In this document: piece after piece, positions 61,273 through 64,000 of the stretch
How the letters are laid out: each line of letters starts with the position of its first letter
Numbering within the stretch: position 1 is the first letter of the stretch
Sequence record: PX092659.1
DNA from: a phage
Length of the DNA: 64,000 bases
Strand: one strand, 5' to 3'
Notes under the pieces: model-generated
Seen by the model: the letters and a program-made list of their open reading frames with translations, nothing else
The model's database searches: none
What the model was told of the DNA's origin: nothing
Translations under genes and position numbers: made by a program

Positions 61273-61506
61273 TTAGAAAGCCCCTTCGCATGTATTTCCT
61301 TCGGTAAAGTAGCTTACCGGAGCCCAGAAAGACCCGTAGGCCATGATTGGTGCCACTAAGAACATATCCCCTTTCCTATCAAAAACATTGGCCTTATATT
61401 TCACATGATCCTGCATATAGTAGGCCTCACATTTAATATCTTTAGGCCCAAAAGTAGAGCAAGCCGAAAGAAGTACCACTGCCAGAGCTAAAAATAATTT
61501 TTTCAT
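61273..61506 (-). CDS. llp: Llp-like lipoprotein (lytic-conversion / receptor-blocking type)
   Basis: 77 aa; signal peptide with lipobox LLSAC; divergent from the adjacent receptor-binding gene, the arrangement known for T5 llp/oad. Confidence 0.65.
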   Translation of the reverse strand: MKKLFLALAVVLLSACSTFGPKDIKCEAYYMQDHVKYKANVFDRKGDMFLVAPIMAYGSFWAPVSYFTEGNTCEGAF

Positions 61507-61585
61507 TTACATTCTCCTCTATTTAATTTATAATACTATTATACAGAATTATGGCAGTATAAGCAACTAAATTTTTGGAGAACTT

Positions 61586-63508
61586 ATGAGTTTTTTCGCT
61601 GGTAAGCTAAATAACAAATCTATACTCTCACTGCGAAGGGGTAGTGGTGGGGATACTAACCAACATATCAACCCTGATTCCCAAACCATCTTTCACTCAG
61701 ATATGCCGCACGTAATTATAACGGAAACTCATTCTACTGGGTTAAGGTTGGATCAGGGTGCTGGTGACTATTACTGGTCTGAGATGCCTAGTAGAATTAC
61801 ACAGCTACATAATAATGACCCCAATAGAGTTGTGCTAACAGAAATTGAGTTTTCTGATGGCTCTAGACATATGTTATCTGGCATGTCTATGGGGGTAGGG
61901 GCTAAAGCGTATGGAATTATAAATCCGCAGGTCATGTCTCAAGGTGGTTTAAAAACACAAATAACAGCTAGTGCTGATCTATCTCTTGATGTGGGCTATT
62001 TTAATAGTGGTACTAGTGGAACTATCCCCCAGAAATTAAGAGACGGTACTGGATGTCAGCATATGTTTGGCGCCTTTAGTGGGCGTAGAGGGTTTGCATC
62101 TAGTGCAATGTATTTAGGGGGTGCCGCTCTTTATAAGTCTGCCTGGGATGGTTCAGGATATGTAGTGCCGGATTCAGGAACTCTAACTATCCCTAGCGAC
62201 TACGTTAGGCATCCCGGAGCTAGAAACTTTGGATTTAACGCCATATATGTTCGTGGTAGGTCTTGTAATAGAGTTCTTTATGGTATGGAAGGGCCCAACT
62301 ACACCACTGCTGGAGCTGTACATGGGGCGTCGAGTTCAGGGGCTCTTAACTTTATGTCTAATCCTAGCAATCCCTCGGCTCCTAAGTACTCTGTAGGTTT
62401 CGCACGTGCTGATCCCACTAACTATGCGTATTGGGAAAGTATGGGTGATCCGAATGATGCTGCTAATGGGCCCATAGGTATATATAGTGAGCACCTCGGT
62501 ATTTATCCATCTAAAATTACCTGGTATGTTACTAACTTAGTGTATAATGGTTCAGGTTATAGTATTGATGCTGGATTATTTACAGGTAATGATATAAAAT
62601 TAAGCCCCACTGAATTTATTATTAAAGGTATTAACGTTAATAATACATCTTGGAAGTTTATCAACTTTGTTGAGAAAAACTTTAATGTAGGGAGCAGAGC
62701 TGATTTTCGTGATGTTGGGTGTAACTTGAGTATGGGTGGCCCCTCTACTGGGATCTCTGGCATAGCAACATTTGGACTACCAACCACAGAAAGCAATAAC
62801 GCACCAAGTATTAAGGGTGGTAACGTTGGTGGTTTAAATACTAATGTAGTTAGTATTTATAACTTTTTACCTTCAGCATCTTGGTATGTTTCTAGTAATC
62901 CTCCAAAAATAGGGAGTAATTATGGGGACGTTTGGAGTGAAAATCTTCTACCTTTAAGACTTCTAGGTGGTAGCGGAAGTACTGTACTATCTGGTAACAT
63001 AGTATTTCAGGGTAATGGTTCCGTGCATGTTGGTACTGTGGGACTAGATCTTAATAGTAGTAGAAATGGTGCAATTGTATGTACTATGGAGTTCCTAGAT
63101 GACACATGGTTGTCTGCAGGAGGTATTGGCTGCTTTAATCCTACGGAAATGCTATCTAAAGGCGCTGAATATGGCGATAGTAGGTTTAGAATGGGTGGCA
63201 ATACTATTGATAAAAAACTTCACCAAATATTGTCCCTACCTGCAGGAGAATATGTACCATTTTTTACTATTAAAGGTACTGTAGTAAATGCTTGTAAATT
63301 ACAGGCTGCTGGGTATACTCCAACTCCGTACTGGGTATCTGGGTTGCCAGGATCCGTAGGTCAAACGGGTTACTATACTCTAACATACTATATGAGAAAT
63401 GATGGAAATAATAATATCTCTATTTGGTTAGAATCCTCTATGAGCAATATAATTGGCATGAAAGCATGCTTACCAAATATTAAACTTATAATTCAACGCC
63501 TTACCTAA
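61586..63508 (+). CDS. oad: receptor-binding tail protein pb5/Oad-like
   Basis: 640 aa, Gly/Ser/Asn-rich, divergent from llp; size and context match T5 pb5. Confidence 0.65.
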   Translation: MSFFAGKLNNKSILSLRRGSGGDTNQHINPDSQTIFHSDMPHVIITETHSTGLRLDQGAGDYYWSEMPSRITQLHNNDPNRVVLTEIEFSDGSRHMLSGMSMGVGAKAYGIINPQVMSQGGLKTQITASADLSLDVGYFNSGTSGTIPQKLRDGTGCQHMFGAFSGRRGFASSAMYLGGAALYKSAWDGSGYVVPDSGTLTIPSDYVRHPGARNFGFNAIYVRGRSCNRVLYGMEGPNYTTAGAVHGASSSGALNFMSNPSNPSAPKYSVGFARADPTNYAYWESMGDPNDAANGPIGIYSEHLGIYPSKITWYVTNLVYNGSGYSIDAGLFTGNDIKLSPTEFIIKGINVNNTSWKFINFVEKNFNVGSRADFRDVGCNLSMGGPSTGISGIATFGLPTTESNNAPSIKGGNVGGLNTNVVSIYNFLPSASWYVSSNPPKIGSNYGDVWSENLLPLRLLGGSGSTVLSGNIVFQGNGSVHVGTVGLDLNSSRNGAIVCTMEFLDDTWLSAGGIGCFNPTEMLSKGAEYGDSRFRMGGNTIDKKLHQILSLPAGEYVPFFTIKGTVVNACKLQAAGYTPTPYWVSGLPGSVGQTGYYTLTYYMRNDGNNNISIWLESSMSNIIGMKACLPNIKLIIQRLT

Positions 63509-63518
63509 AGGAGGAAAT

Positions 63519-64000
63519 ATGGCAAATGATGTATTAGTACCAGATCTTATGTCCCCTGAAGGGATGGATGTAATTGAAGCTTATTTACAGTGCGGCAGCG
63601 ATGTGCCTTCTGCCGCACGTAGTCTTGGAATGTCCGAAATTGCTTTCCGAGATATTATGAATCGTAGTGAGGTTAAGAACTACTTAAATGATATTTTTAT
63701 GGAGAGTGGTTTCCGTAATAGGGATCGTTTATTTGGTGTTCTGGATGAAGTTATTAAGCGTAAGCTGGAGGAACTAGAAGAAACTGGCATGGGTTCTGAC
63801 CAGGATATTATGGATATTCTCTGGAAAGCACACAAAATGAAGATGGAAGAAATGAAGATGATGGTGGAGTTAGAAAAAGCTAAAGCTGCCGTCCGTACTC
63901 CAGCTAACCAGACCAACATCCAGAATAATATTATTGCTGGAGCTGGGGATCAAAACTACATGGACTTAATTACTTCCCTAGCTACTGGAGGTAAGAAGTA
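63519..64000 (+). CDS. hypothetical protein, partial (runs off window end)
   Basis: ATG after AGGAGG RBS, open to window end; starts [22 protein letters not shown]. Confidence 0.5.
   Translation, partial: MANDVLVPDLMSPEGMDVIEAYLQCGSDVPSAARSLGMSEIAFRDIMNRSEVKNYLNDIFMESGFRNRDRLFGVLDEVIKRKLEELEETGMGSDQDIMDILWKAHKMKMEEMKMMVELEKAKAAVRTPANQTNIQNNIIAGAGDQNYMDLITSLATGGKK

Overview
The window reads as the reverse-complement view of a T5-like (Tequintavirus-type) siphophage genome; this assignment rests on the gene set and motifs visible in the sequence, not on any database search. From left to right it contains: (1) a minus-strand block with an anaerobic ribonucleotide reductase (NrdD), a Sir2-like protein, a HAD-like hydrolase and small unknown ORFs; (2) a plus-strand early nucleotide-metabolism array (PhoH, NrdA, an HNH endonuclease between nrdA and nrdB, NrdB, DHFR, thymidylate synthase, RNase H); (3) a ~13 kb tRNA island (19.2-32.1 kb) with about 25 tRNA genes folded by hand, several degenerate tRNA-like or structured-RNA elements, HNH endonucleases and accessory ORFs including an SPFH protein and a GrcA-like glycyl-radical cofactor; (4) dNMP kinase, ClpP-like protease, holin plus L-Ala-D-Glu endolysin, two metallophosphatases, more HNH genes; (5) a ~4.5 kb repeat-dense largely non-coding region (49.7-54.2 kb) with direct repeats, palindromes, DnaA boxes and two near-consensus LexA boxes arranged as ~130 bp inverted repeats around a 2.8 kb minus-strand cassette; (6) pre-early-type genes (A1-like metallophosphatase, A2-like, dmp-like HAD nucleotidase); (7) a tandem array of small membrane ORFs, an Llp-like lipoprotein and a pb5/Oad-like receptor-binding protein. 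More than 20 copies of a T5-type early promoter (TTGCTW-N17-TATAAT with A-rich upstream element) and many intrinsic terminators punctuate the plus strand. All tRNA folds, coordinates and motif calls were made manually and are approximate. The most unusual structure is the inverted-repeat/host-factor-box architecture at 50.9-54.1 kb.
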